From the NCBI GenBank assembly GCA_028824015.1, contig JAPPFC010000017.1:141945-205944 (forward strand): a DNA stretch of 64,000 nucleotides. The letters run 5' to 3'. Positions within the stretch are counted from its first letter, which is position 1. The number at the start of each line of letters is the position of its first letter. A model generated the notes under the pieces. It searched no databases. It was not told the DNA's origin and saw only the letters and a list, made by a program, of their open reading frames with translations. This DNA is from a bacterium. GTDB taxonomy: Bacteria; Actinomycetota; Acidimicrobiia; Spongiisociales; ZC4RG35. Of the stretch, positions 48,003 through 57,861 are shown piece by piece. The translations under genes were made by a program, and so were the position numbers.

Positions 48003-49371
48003 GGCGCCGTAGGGCGGTCCCCACCGCGGCCAGGTTGGTAAGGGTCAGTTCCGAGTAGTTGCGGGAGATCATCACTCCCCCCGCTCCGCCTGCCAGGGAG
48101 GCGTCCACCATGTCCTCCACGTCTGGGGGGTTGATGGCGCGATCCACCGTCTCAACGCCCAGGCCGATGCCGGGATAGACCTGAACATCCGGGCCCACCG
48201 CCTCCACGTGCCGCCTGGTGAACTCTTTGACGTACTCAGGGCTGAATCCTGCGGCCGGGAGGTCCTCGTAGGGAGCCTCGTCCAAGCCGAGGATCTTGTA
48301 GAGGATCGGCGTCCACTCCGACGGCGAGGCGTCGCCCAAGATGGTCTGACACATCTTGTTGACGAAACTGACGAACCGCGCACCGCCGGGTGCGTTGTAG
48401 AACACCGGCTTCAGCCAGTCGGCGTACAGCTTGTACTCGGCCGGATCGAAGGCTGCCCGGAGCAGGGGGTTGAACGTGTTGATCATCTGCCAGATCCCGA
48501 AGCCCACCTGGTACTGGGGGCCGAAGAAACGGATCTGTCCGGAGATCTCCCGGTAGAGGCCCTTGTGTCCGTCCCACCAGAGCTTTTGCCATTGCAGGAC
48601 CTCGGGGTACTCGAAGAGGTGGCGGAGGAAGGTGATCAGCTTGCCGTCGGGTGGCTCATGGCCGCCTCGCACCGCGGTGAGATAGTCATAGATCCTCCGG
48701 TAACCCTCGGCGGCCCGTCCGGCGTCGATGTTCCGGCGATGGGCCTCTGAGCGGCAGTGGACGCAGAAGCAGGTAGGCACTTCGGCCGAGACGATCATCG
48801 ACGAGAGCGGGTCCTCGCGCTCGATGCCCCACATAACCCCGTTCAGGTCGTACTCGTTGAGCCAGTTGTCGATGACGCCGAACCACCAGTTCTTGTAGTT
48901 GGGGTTGTGGAAGCAGGGGCGGGTGTCCTTGCGGCCCCACGCGTCGATCTCCAACACCTGGGAGAACCCCGGCTGCCACAGAGGCTTGGGTCTGGCATGA
49001 GCGGTCTCGCAGTAGTAGGTGAAGACCTCCATGCCCCGTTCCTTTGCGGCGGGGATCACGTCTCCGAGGATGTCCCAGCCCTCGTAGAGAGGATCGGGAG
49101 CGGTGAAGTCCTTGATCGTGGTGCCGTGGTAGTACTTGGGGTCGGGCGGGAAGAACGCCCCGCCCTGCAGGTTGTCGGGTTCCTGCCCACCGTGGTCGGG
49201 GTAGTCGCCGCTGCCGGAACGCCCGGCGTTGCCCCGCGCCCAGGAGAGGGCGGAGATGAAGATGGCGTTCACGCCGGCCAGTTCGGTGAAGATGTCGAGG
49301 GTCTCCTCCACCCCTTCGTCGATGAAGCTGATTCCCCCTACCTGCATACCGACAAATGTCTTCTCGCTCAT
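47989..49371 (-). CDS. conserved hypothetical protein (~460 aa) within the amidohydrolase cluster
   Basis: Internal start MSEKTFVGMQVGG at 49371 overlaps the stop of the upstream dehydrogenase (ATGA); no motif recognised. Confidence 0.5.
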   Translation of the reverse strand: MSEKTFVGMQVGGISFIDEGVEETLDIFTELAGVNAIFISALSWARGNAGRSGSGDYPDHGGQEPDNLQGGAFFPPDPKYYHGTTIKDFTAPDPLYEGWDILGDVIPAAKERGMEVFTYYCETAHARPKPLWQPGFSQVLEIDAWGRKDTRPCFHNPNYKNWWFGVIDNWLNEYDLNGVMWGIEREDPLSSMIVSAEVPTCFCVHCRSEAHRRNIDAGRAAEGYRRIYDYLTAVRGGHEPPDGKLITFLRHLFEYPEVLQWQKLWWDGHKGLYREISGQIRFFGPQYQVGFGIWQMINTFNPLLRAAFDPAEYKLYADWLKPVFYNAPGGARFVSFVNKMCQTILGDASPSEWTPILYKILGLDEAPYEDLPAAGFSPEYVKEFTRRHVEAVGPDVQVYPGIGLGVETVDRAINPPDVEDMVDASLAGGAGGVMISRNYSELTLTNLAAVGTALRRHGRI

Positions 49372-50369
49372 CCTGGTACTCCATTCCGTCGGCGGATGAC
49401 CCGTCCGGCGGAGCCCAGTTCCAGGGCCACCGTGTCGCCGGCGGGCGTCCCGGCGGTGTGGGGGGTCATCAGCAGGTTGGGGGTGCTCCGGAGAGGACTG
49501 TCCGGGAGGATGGGCTCCCACCAGAACACGTCGAGGGCGGCGCCCGCCAGATGCCCGCTGTGAAGCGCGGCCATCAGGGCGTCCTCGTCCACCAGGCGCC
49601 CGCGGGCGGTGTTGACGAAGAAGGAGCCCTCGGGCATCAGGGCGAACTCCCGAGCGCCCATCATCTTCTCGGTCTCGGGGGTGAACTTGTTATGGAGCGA
49701 GACGCAGTGTGACTCGGCCAGGAGCTCGTCGAAGGGAAGGTAACGGATTCCCAGTTCGGCCTCTTCCTCGGGCGAGAACCTGTTTCGCTTGTAATACACG
49801 ACATCACACCCGAACGCCACCAAAAGCTTGGCCGCCACCCGTCCGATGCCGCCTACGCCCACCAGGCCCACTGTCTTGCCCAGCACGGCCTCGAACAACT
49901 CGAGGCCCACCCAGTTGTAGGAGTAGTTGATCTGGTCGGTGACGAACGGCTCCATTCCATCCACGATCACCCCGTCCATCAGCCGCTCGTAGGCGGTGGG
50001 CAGGCGTTTGAAGAGCGCCAGGATCATCATCACGGCGTGCTCGGCCACGCTGGTGGGCCCGGGGGACACGACGCCCTCGGTCCAAATCCCCATGGAGTCA
50101 CAGACCGCCGGGGAGACGGTGGCGCCACCCGAGTCGATGGTGACCACGCCCCGGAGAGAGGAGAGGCCGGCCAGTTGGTCGTCGTCGAGGCTCGTCTCCC
50201 GCAACACCAGGTAGTCGGCCTGGCCTATGGTCCCCGACGCGAGAGCGTCGGTGAGTACCGTGGCGCCCTCGGGGAGGGCATGCTGGAGGGTCGCCACCTG
50301 GGCGGCTGTGAACTCTTCGACTATTGCTACTGCGGGTCCACTCACTTGTCGGCCAGACAGTCGTTCCAC
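49368..50369 (-). CDS. D-isomer-specific 2-hydroxyacid dehydrogenase (NAD-binding)
   Basis: 333 aa; GKTVGLVGVGGIGRVAAK Rossmann motif and catalytic R/E/H pattern. Confidence 0.8.
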   Translation of the reverse strand: MERLSGRQVSGPAVAIVEEFTAAQVATLQHALPEGATVLTDALASGTIGQADYLVLRETSLDDDQLAGLSSLRGVVTIDSGGATVSPAVCDSMGIWTEGVVSPGPTSVAEHAVMMILALFKRLPTAYERLMDGVIVDGMEPFVTDQINYSYNWVGLELFEAVLGKTVGLVGVGGIGRVAAKLLVAFGCDVVYYKRNRFSPEEEAELGIRYLPFDELLAESHCVSLHNKFTPETEKMMGAREFALMPEGSFFVNTARGRLVDEDALMAALHSGHLAGAALDVFWWEPILPDSPLRSTPNLLMTPHTAGTPAGDTVALELGSAGRVIRRRNGVPG

Positions 50370-51544
50370 AGTTGCGTGAACTTCTCCATGGCTAAGGCCA
50401 GTTCATCGCGTGGAGCCAGATAGGAGATGCGGATGTACTTGGCCGCGCCTTCGGAGAAGGCCCTGCCGGGGGAGAAGATGATCCCGTATTCGGTTGCCTT
50501 GGCGGCGAACTCGCCCGCATCCATTCCCGATCCGGCGACGTTGGCGAAGAAGTAGAACCCGCCCTGGGGCTCTCCGTAGGTGACGCCCAACTTGTCGAAG
50601 GTGTCCCTCATCATCTGCCGGCGGTGGTGGTACTCCTCCATCATCTCGTCCAGGAAGTCCTGGGGTCCGTCCAGGGCAGCCAGTGCGGCGTGCTGGGAGG
50701 GCAGGTTGGTGGAGATGCTGAGGGAGTGGCGCGGTTCGGTGGCGGCCAGGATGTAGTCGGCCGGTCCGGCCATGTATCCCACCCGGAAGCCGGTCATGCT
50801 ATAGGCCTTGGAGAAACCGTTGATGGTGATGGTCCGCTCCCACATGTCCGGCAGGGTGGCGAAGCTGACGTGCTCGAAGCCGTCGTAGACCACCTTCTCG
50901 TACAGTTCGTCGGAGATCACCACCAGGTCCGGATGGTTCCGCACCAACTCCGCAATCCCCTCGAGGGTCTCACGGGTGAGCACTCCGGCGGTGGGGTTGT
51001 TCGGGGTCACCAGCACCAGAACCTTGGAGCGGTCGGTGATGCACGACTCGATGATCTCGGGATTCAGCTCGAAGTTGTCTTCTTCCACCGTGGGCACGTA
51101 GACGGGCTTGCCTCCGGCCATGGTGATGTTGGTGGGGTAAGCCATGTAGTGGGGGTTGGCCAGAAGAACCTCGTCCCCGGGGTCGCAGAGGGTCTGGAGG
51201 CTGACGGCCATCGACTCCTGGGCGCCGGCGGTGACCAGGATCTCGCTCTCGGGGTTGTACACCAGTCCGTTGTCCCTCTTGAACTTGCGGGCGATGGCCT
51301 CGCGCAGCTCGATCATTCCTCCCGGCGGGGTGTAGCCGATGTGGCCCGTGTCCAGGCAACGCTTGGCGGCTTCGATGATGTGGGCGGGAGTCGGAATGTC
51401 CGGCTCCCCCCTCACCAGGCGGATGACGTTCTCGCGCTGCGATGCTTCCCGCACTACCCGGAGGTATGGGGACTCCTGGCCCTCTCGGATTCGCAGGATG
51501 CGTTCGGCGACCGCGTTTCTTAGTTTCGTTTGGCTCATTGGCAC
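50342..51544 (-). CDS. class I/II PLP-dependent aminotransferase (AspC-like)
   Basis: 400 aa; PLP-lysine motif SKAYSMTGFRVGY. Confidence 0.85.
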   Translation of the reverse strand: MPMSQTKLRNAVAERILRIREGQESPYLRVVREASQRENVIRLVRGEPDIPTPAHIIEAAKRCLDTGHIGYTPPGGMIELREAIARKFKRDNGLVYNPESEILVTAGAQESMAVSLQTLCDPGDEVLLANPHYMAYPTNITMAGGKPVYVPTVEEDNFELNPEIIESCITDRSKVLVLVTPNNPTAGVLTRETLEGIAELVRNHPDLVVISDELYEKVVYDGFEHVSFATLPDMWERTITINGFSKAYSMTGFRVGYMAGPADYILAATEPRHSLSISTNLPSQHAALAALDGPQDFLDEMMEEYHHRRQMMRDTFDKLGVTYGEPQGGFYFFANVAGSGMDAGEFAAKATEYGIIFSPGRAFSEGAAKYIRISYLAPRDELALAMEKFTQLWNDCLADK

Positions 51545-51615
51545 TCCATCTCTGATGCGTCGGTTCTCGGGTGGGTGTTCTAACAGATTCGGACTATTCG
51601 GATTGTGTGGGGTGC

Positions 51616-52548
51616 TCAGCCTCCCAACTCGGCGTAGCGGCGCATTCCCTCCGCTATGCCCATCGGGTTCCAGCCGAGTTCAGCCCGGGCCTTGTCGCAG
51701 GAGATGGTGGTGGGCCGGTCGGGGGTGGCGTCCACCAGCGTCTCGGCGTTTTCGTCCACCACGACTCCGAAGGAGTCCTGGGCTGCCGCCAGCACGTCGC
51801 TGAAGGGTATGGCCTCTCCGGAGGAGAAGGCGAAGGAGCGGCTATCCATGGTTCCGGAATAGAAACGGTGTGCGGCCTCGGCGACATCGTCCACGAAAAC
51901 CCAGTCGCAGCGGTCGTCCAGTCCGATGACCCGTACCGGCGCCCCGTCCAGGGCGGCGTCCGCCAACTGTTTTGCCTGGGTGACGAACGGGCGGGTGTCG
52001 CGGAACTCCTCGGCAGGGCCGTACATGGAGGTGGGACGGATAGCGCCGGCGTCGAACCCGAACATCACGGCGTACCGGTAGAGCATGATCTCGGCGGCTA
52101 TCTTCGCCGAGCCGTACAGAGAGAAACCGCCGTCGGCGTCGTCTTCGGTGAGTACCTCTTCCACGGATTGGTTGTAGACGCCGGCAGAGGAGATGAAGAG
52201 GAATTTGCTCAACTGCTCTTTTCGGGCGAACTCCAGTGCGTTGAGAGTCCCGATCAGGTTGACTGAAACCAGGCCGGCAGGGTTGCCGAACGCCTCTTGC
52301 ACGCTGGGAGTGAGCGCCGCAGCCTGGACTATCCCTTCCACCGGCCCGGTGGTCTCGGTGGACCAGGCATCCGGGTCTGCAACGTCCAGGACCACATATT
52401 CGACGCGGTCTTCGGGAGTGTCCGAACGGGGAACGAACTGATCGGGCGGAAGGATATCCGCGGCAACCACATGATCCCCACCCCGGGCGAAAGCCCGGAC
52501 CAGCGCCCTGCCGAAAAACCCCGCCGCTCCCGTCACCAAAACTCTCAT
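51616..52548 (-). CDS. NAD-dependent epimerase/dehydratase (extended SDR)
   Basis: 310 aa; N-terminal VLVTGAAGFFG. Confidence 0.8.
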   Translation of the reverse strand: MRVLVTGAAGFFGRALVRAFARGGDHVVAADILPPDQFVPRSDTPEDRVEYVVLDVADPDAWSTETTGPVEGIVQAAALTPSVQEAFGNPAGLVSVNLIGTLNALEFARKEQLSKFLFISSAGVYNQSVEEVLTEDDADGGFSLYGSAKIAAEIMLYRYAVMFGFDAGAIRPTSMYGPAEEFRDTRPFVTQAKQLADAALDGAPVRVIGLDDRCDWVFVDDVAEAAHRFYSGTMDSRSFAFSSGEAIPFSDVLAAAQDSFGVVVDENAETLVDATPDRPTTISCDKARAELGWNPMGIAEGMRRYAELGG

Positions 52549-52674
52549 CTCTCTGTGTTCATCCCTTCTCCTGCGCGGGTGCGCGGGTTTGTAACGCTCT
52601 TTCCGGAAATCGGCCCAAGGGCGCCGACAGCCGAACCGTGCTAAATATACTTACTAAAACTTGGAGTCGCGCTA

Positions 52675-53412
52675 TTGCAGCGGGAGACTTTCTTTGCGTA
52701 CCGACCAGCTAAATCCAGGAAGGCAAGAGACTTGAATCTGCACGATCCTTTTTACGACCTGTTCCCCCGGCCCTCCTTTGCTTCCATAGCTCCGGGAAAG
52801 ACCGCCCTCCTCACCATCGACCTGCAGTATCTGGATGCGCATGCCGACGGGTGGATAGGACGGATCGCCACCGACGCCGGCAAGCCCGAGATAATGCAGG
52901 AGCGGTGGGACAACATCAACGCCATCCTGCCCAACGTCAGAAGGTGCCAGGACGCCTTCCGGGCTGCGGGTGAGGAAGTCATCCATGTTCGGGTGGCCTA
53001 CCGCACCGGCGACGGCCGGGACGCCGGGAAGGCATTCATGCCGGACGCCGATATCGAGCCGGTGCCCCGTGAAGGGTGGGACGACGATCTCCTGCCGGAG
53101 GTGGCGGAACAGGGCGACGAGATGATCTTCTCCAAGACCTCCGCCAGCGTCTTCAATTCCACGGATATCGACAAAGTCCTCAAGCGCATGGGGATCACCC
53201 ACCTGGTCATCACCGGAATAGTGACCGAGGGTTGCGTCGAACTCTCCGCCCGCGACGCGGCCGACCGGGGGTACACGGTGTCGCTGGTAAACGATGCCTG
53301 CACCTCTTCAACCAAGGAGCTTCACGACAATGCCCTCGTCAGGATGACCGACGGGGGGTTCATCGCCTCCCGGACCACCGACGAGATATGCGGGGAGCTT
53401 GAAAACCTGTAA
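52675..53412 (+). CDS. isochorismatase-family cysteine hydrolase (RutB-like amidohydrolase)
   Basis: 245 aa; TALLTIDLQ start of the fold and catalytic Cys in TGIVTEGCVE. Confidence 0.8.
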   Translation: MQRETFFAYRPAKSRKARDLNLHDPFYDLFPRPSFASIAPGKTALLTIDLQYLDAHADGWIGRIATDAGKPEIMQERWDNINAILPNVRRCQDAFRAAGEEVIHVRVAYRTGDGRDAGKAFMPDADIEPVPREGWDDDLLPEVAEQGDEMIFSKTSASVFNSTDIDKVLKRMGITHLVITGIVTEGCVELSARDAADRGYTVSLVNDACTSSTKELHDNALVRMTDGGFIASRTTDEICGELENL

Positions 53413-53476
53413 TAATCCGCCGCCTAACCCCTGGCGTCCAAGAACCGGCGCCGGTTGACGAAGGAGCGAAGAAGAA

Positions 53477-54640
53477 ATGGCAGAAGGAACCGTAACCCAT
53501 ATTTCCTCTCCCGCTGAGCGGGAAAGGCGTTATCGAGTACTGCGCGAGGCCATGGCCGCGGAAGGCATGGATGCGTTGATCATCTACAGCCGCGCCGATG
53601 AGTTCATGAGAGGCCGCATCCAGTACGTGAGCGATGCCTTCCAGTGGGCCGGATGGGGGATCATCGTGCTTCTCCCCAAGGGCGATGGCATCTACGTCGG
53701 CGATCCCCTGTGGGGAGGCGGACGGGTGGCCCTGGCCGGCTGGGTCGACGACATTCGAGCCACCCAGCACCCCGATACCGAGATCGCCGGCATTCTCTCC
53801 GACCACGGTTACACGAGCGGGAAACTCGGAGTAGTGGGTTTGGCCGACATCGTCACCTACGCGCACATGCGCTCCTTCCAGAAGACTCTCAGCGGCTTCA
53901 CCCTGGTGGACGCCACCGACCTCTTCGATGACATCCGCGCCGTCAAGAGCCCCGAGGAGATGGAGAACCTGCGGGAGACTTCACGGATCCTCAAGCAGGT
54001 GTTCAACAGCCTCGAAGCCCACCTGCGTCCTGGGGTCCTCGAGATCGACGCGATGGCCGAGGCCGAGCGACTGGTTCGCCAGTATGGCTGCCTGACCGGG
54101 ATCGCCCAGATCGCCCGCCCGCCCTTCAAGTCCTACACCTTCGGGATGTTCGCCGAGATAGATCGCAAGGACATCATCTCCATAGACCTGGAGTGGGGAG
54201 GCCCCTCCGGCTATTGGCTGGAGTTGCGACGCAATTACAGCTTCGGAGAGCCCTCCGACCAGGTCAAACGCTTCTTCGAGTACCGGTTGGAGTGTTTGGA
54301 CGCCTGCATAAATGCGATGAAGACCGGCAACTCCTCCGACGACGTACTGGTGGCCCGCGACCGGGTGAACGACAAGTACGGCTATGGCGGACGGGAGTCG
54401 GTGGGCTACACCGCTCACGGCATCGGTCTGGACTCCCTGGAGCCCCCGTGGTCGCCGGGGAAGGAGCGGATCATGGAGACCGACATGGTGATCAATCTCC
54501 ATCCCCACATGAGCTTCAGCGATCCGGCCGAAGCCCTGGCGGTTTCGGGCATCTCGCTCTCCGACAACATCCGGGTGACTCCCACCGGAGGCGAGCGGCT
54601 CACGGAGTGGACAGACGTACTGGTCGACCTGGATGCCTAA
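53477..54640 (+). CDS. M24-family creatinase/Xaa-Pro peptidase-like hydrolase (paralog 2)
   Basis: 387 aa; near-collinear with paralogs 1 and 3 (shared HISSPAERxRRY...VQYVSD N-terminus). Confidence 0.8.
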   Translation: MAEGTVTHISSPAERERRYRVLREAMAAEGMDALIIYSRADEFMRGRIQYVSDAFQWAGWGIIVLLPKGDGIYVGDPLWGGGRVALAGWVDDIRATQHPDTEIAGILSDHGYTSGKLGVVGLADIVTYAHMRSFQKTLSGFTLVDATDLFDDIRAVKSPEEMENLRETSRILKQVFNSLEAHLRPGVLEIDAMAEAERLVRQYGCLTGIAQIARPPFKSYTFGMFAEIDRKDIISIDLEWGGPSGYWLELRRNYSFGEPSDQVKRFFEYRLECLDACINAMKTGNSSDDVLVARDRVNDKYGYGGRESVGYTAHGIGLDSLEPPWSPGKERIMETDMVINLHPHMSFSDPAEALAVSGISLSDNIRVTPTGGERLTEWTDVLVDLDA

Positions 54641-55724
54641 CCGAGCGGCGCTGGTGGTGTCGCCTGGGGAGATCGAGATCACCGAGATCGAGATCGGTCC
54701 TCCCCGAGCGGGGGAGGTGATCCTCCGGATGCAGGCGGCCGGGGTGTGCGCCACCGACTACAAGGTGGCCGCAGGCCGCCATGGCCCCCGCATGTCTCGC
54801 TATCCGATGCTGCTGGGCCACGAAGGGGCGGGCGTGGTGGAGGAGGTGGGTCCGGGCGTGACCCATCTGAAGGTGGGCGACCGGGTGGCGACAGGGTGCC
54901 GGGTGCAATGCGGCGCCTGCTCGATGTGCCGGCGCAACGACCCGAGACGGTGCCGGGACTCCTCGCCCCGGGCCCCACAGGTCACCCTTGCCTCCGACGG
55001 TTCGCCGGTTGAGGTACCCATGGGTCTCGGGATGTACGCCGAGCGGATCGGGGTGGACGCCATGGCCACCTTCCCAGTCTCCGACGGGATGCCCATGACT
55101 TCTGCCTCGCTGCTCGGGTGCGCGGTGATGACCGGGGCGGGCGCCGTCTTCAACATCGCCAAGGTGTGGCCGGGGGCTACCACGGCGGTGATCGGGTGCG
55201 GCGGCATCGGACTCTCTGCCGTGCAGGGCGCCCGGATCGCCAACGCTTCCAAGGTGATCGCAGTGGACCTCTCCGATCAGAAACTCGAATGGGCGCGGGC
55301 GCTGGGCGCCACAGACGTGGTGAACGCGGCTTCCGAAGACCCCGTCGAGGCGGTGCGGCGGATCACGGGCGGCCTCGGAGTGGACTTCTCCTTCGAGGCG
55401 GTGGGGGCCAAGGTCTGCGTGGAACAGTGCATAGAGATGCTGGCTCACGGGGGTACCGCCACCCTGATCGGGGGCAACCCACCCGGTGTGATGGCCTCCT
55501 TCGACCCGGCGGCCTTCTCCCGCAGCGCCCTGACGCTCCAGAACACCCACGGAGGCGGGGGAATACCGGCCCATGACTTTCCCGTGTTGGACTCCCTCTA
55601 TCAGCAGGGAAGCCTCGATCTGGACTACATGGTCACCCACACCGTCCCCCTGACCCAGGCCGCACAGGGCTTCCGCAACCTGGAGGCGGGTTCGGCGATC
55701 CGCACCGTGGTGGTCCCCGATTGA
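54633..55724 (+). CDS. zinc-dependent alcohol dehydrogenase (MDR family)
   Basis: 363 aa; GHEGAGVVEEVG zinc motif and GxGxxG. Confidence 0.85.
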   Translation: MPNRAALVVSPGEIEITEIEIGPPRAGEVILRMQAAGVCATDYKVAAGRHGPRMSRYPMLLGHEGAGVVEEVGPGVTHLKVGDRVATGCRVQCGACSMCRRNDPRRCRDSSPRAPQVTLASDGSPVEVPMGLGMYAERIGVDAMATFPVSDGMPMTSASLLGCAVMTGAGAVFNIAKVWPGATTAVIGCGGIGLSAVQGARIANASKVIAVDLSDQKLEWARALGATDVVNAASEDPVEAVRRITGGLGVDFSFEAVGAKVCVEQCIEMLAHGGTATLIGGNPPGVMASFDPAAFSRSALTLQNTHGGGGIPAHDFPVLDSLYQQGSLDLDYMVTHTVPLTQAAQGFRNLEAGSAIRTVVVPD

Positions 55725-55793
55725 TCCTTGTCCTTTGCCAGTTGATGAATGTGGAATCCACCACCCTGCAAGGTAATTACATTAGTGTAGTTT

Positions 55794-56390
55794 ATGATTG
55801 ACTCTATGTCTGTATTGACTGCTACTCGACGCCACCAGCTACTTAGAATCTTGAAGGAGAAGGGTTATCGCAGGCTGCCGGAGCAGGTCAAGCTGGCATC
55901 CGGTGAGTGGTCATTCGATTTTATTGATGGTAAGAAGGCCCTTGCTAAGTGGAGCGATCTCCGAGTCGCATGCGAGGCCATTGTCGAAGAAGTTTCAGAG
56001 GCCGGCCATCAGTTCGACGCGGTCGGTGGCCTAACTTTGGGTGCTGATGCTCTTGCTGTGGGAGTTGCTGCCGTCAGTGACACCAAGTGGTTTTTTGTTC
56101 GCAAAGAGCCAAAGAAACGCGGCACGCGACGTTTGATAGAGGGAGCTTCCCTTGGCAAGAAAGACAGAGTTCTCTTGGTCGACGATGTGGTGACAACAGG
56201 AGGGTCGATTTTCAATGCTCTAAAGGCAATTGAAGAAACGGAGGCCAAAGTCGTTGCGGCAGTAACGCTCGTGGATCGGGGAGATTCAGCAGAGCCGCGG
56301 TTCAAAGAAAAGGGTATTGCATACTTTCCCATGGCGAACTACAAGGATCTGGAAATCGAACCGGTTCGTTCTAAACGAGTCATTCAGTGA
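55794..56390 (+). CDS. type I phosphoribosyltransferase, orotate-PRTase (PyrE)-like, in a low-GC insert
   Basis: 198 aa; PRPP-binding motif VLLVDDVVTTGGS and an upstream KKRG...IEG block as in OPRTases. The gene and the ~70 nt upstream are markedly AT-richer than the flanks. Confidence 0.75.
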   Translation: MIDSMSVLTATRRHQLLRILKEKGYRRLPEQVKLASGEWSFDFIDGKKALAKWSDLRVACEAIVEEVSEAGHQFDAVGGLTLGADALAVGVAAVSDTKWFFVRKEPKKRGTRRLIEGASLGKKDRVLLVDDVVTTGGSIFNALKAIEETEAKVVAAVTLVDRGDSAEPRFKEKGIAYFPMANYKDLEIEPVRSKRVIQ

Positions 56391-56601
56391 ACCAGGCGGG
56401 GCGGGGATGTGCCTGGAAACCTCGTCCGGTCAGTCCGTTGTGTGGGAGCCGATAGAGGGGTGAGTGGCGTCCCGCCCTCGTAACATATAACGACACACAC
56501 CCTTTTTTACCGAGGAGCCTCCCAGAGAGAGCCTTGAGGTGATGGGCATCGGTACCGAAGCCCGGCAATAGAGCCCCGGGCACCAAAGGAGCTGAATAGA
56601 C

Positions 56602-57768
56602 ATGGCAAAAGGACCTGTAAGCCACATTTCCTCTCCCGCTGAGCGGGCGAGACGTTACAGAGCGCTGCGCGAGGCTATGGCCGGAGCGGGCATCGACGCC
56701 CTGGTCATCTACTGTCGCGGCGACGACTTCATGCGAGGCCGCGTCCAGTACGTGAGCGACATCTGGCAGGCGGCCGGATGGGGGATCGTGGTGCTTCCCG
56801 CCAAGGGCGAGCCCTCCTACATAGGCGATCCTCTTTGGGGAGGCAAACGCATGGCGACGATGGTGAACTGGATCCAGGACGCCCGGCACACCCAAACCCC
56901 CGAAGTGGAGATCGCCGGGATTCTCTCCGACCACGGCTACTCGAATGGAACGATCGGCATGGCGGGGCTGGCGGACATCACCACCTATGCGCTCATGAGC
57001 GGTCTGGGAAAGTTGGCGCCTGGCGCCACCCTGGTGGACGCCACCGACCTCTTCGACGACGTCCGGATCAAAAAGAGCCCCGAGGAGATGGAGAACCACC
57101 GGGAGACCTCGAGGATTCTCGAGCAGGTGTTCCGCAGCCTCGAGGCCCATATACGCCCCGGGGCCCTCGACATCGACGTCATGGCCGAGGCTCACCGGCT
57201 GGTCCGCCAGTATGGCTGTCTGACCGGGATCGCCCAGACCGGCCGTACCTCCCCCAGGGCCCTTACCGAGGGGAGGCACGCCCCGTACGAACGGGGCGAA
57301 TACCTCTCCATAGACCTGGAGTGGCAAGGCCCATCCGGATACTGGTTGGAGTTGAGACGCAATTACTGCTTCGGGAAGCCCTCCGATGAGGCCAAGCGCT
57401 TCTGGGAGATTCGATGTGAGGTCTTCCAGGCTTGCATAGACGCGATGAAGAGCGGCCACTCCTCCGATGACGTCCTGGCGGCCCGCGACCGGGTCAACGA
57501 CAAGTACGGCCTCGGAGGCCGGGAGTTGGTGTCTTACAGCGCCCACGGTCTTGGCACGGACTCCCTGGAGCCCCCGTGGTCGCCGGGGAAGGAGCGGCTC
57601 ATGGAGACCGACATGGTGATCAATCTCCATCCCCACTCGACCTTCAGCGATCCTGCTGCCTACCAGTCTGTGTCCGCTCTCTCGCTTGCCGACAACATAC
57701 GGGTGACTCCCACCGGCGGCGAGCGCCTCACGTACGCCGAAGACGTACTCGTCAACCTGGATGACTGA
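56602..57768 (+). CDS. M24-family creatinase/Xaa-Pro peptidase-like hydrolase (paralog 3)
   Basis: 388 aa; paralog of the other two, with a short insertion (TGRTSPRALTEGRHAPYERGE). Confidence 0.8.
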   Translation: MAKGPVSHISSPAERARRYRALREAMAGAGIDALVIYCRGDDFMRGRVQYVSDIWQAAGWGIVVLPAKGEPSYIGDPLWGGKRMATMVNWIQDARHTQTPEVEIAGILSDHGYSNGTIGMAGLADITTYALMSGLGKLAPGATLVDATDLFDDVRIKKSPEEMENHRETSRILEQVFRSLEAHIRPGALDIDVMAEAHRLVRQYGCLTGIAQTGRTSPRALTEGRHAPYERGEYLSIDLEWQGPSGYWLELRRNYCFGKPSDEAKRFWEIRCEVFQACIDAMKSGHSSDDVLAARDRVNDKYGLGGRELVSYSAHGLGTDSLEPPWSPGKERLMETDMVINLHPHSTFSDPAAYQSVSALSLADNIRVTPTGGERLTYAEDVLVNLDD

Positions 57769-57861
57769 GGGAGCGCCACCGTTGGCGGCCCCCGTCCGAG
57801 TCGAGGTCACCGCCATGGCGTTCCGGCACACGGCTCGTCCCGATACGAAGGAGGCTCCGAG

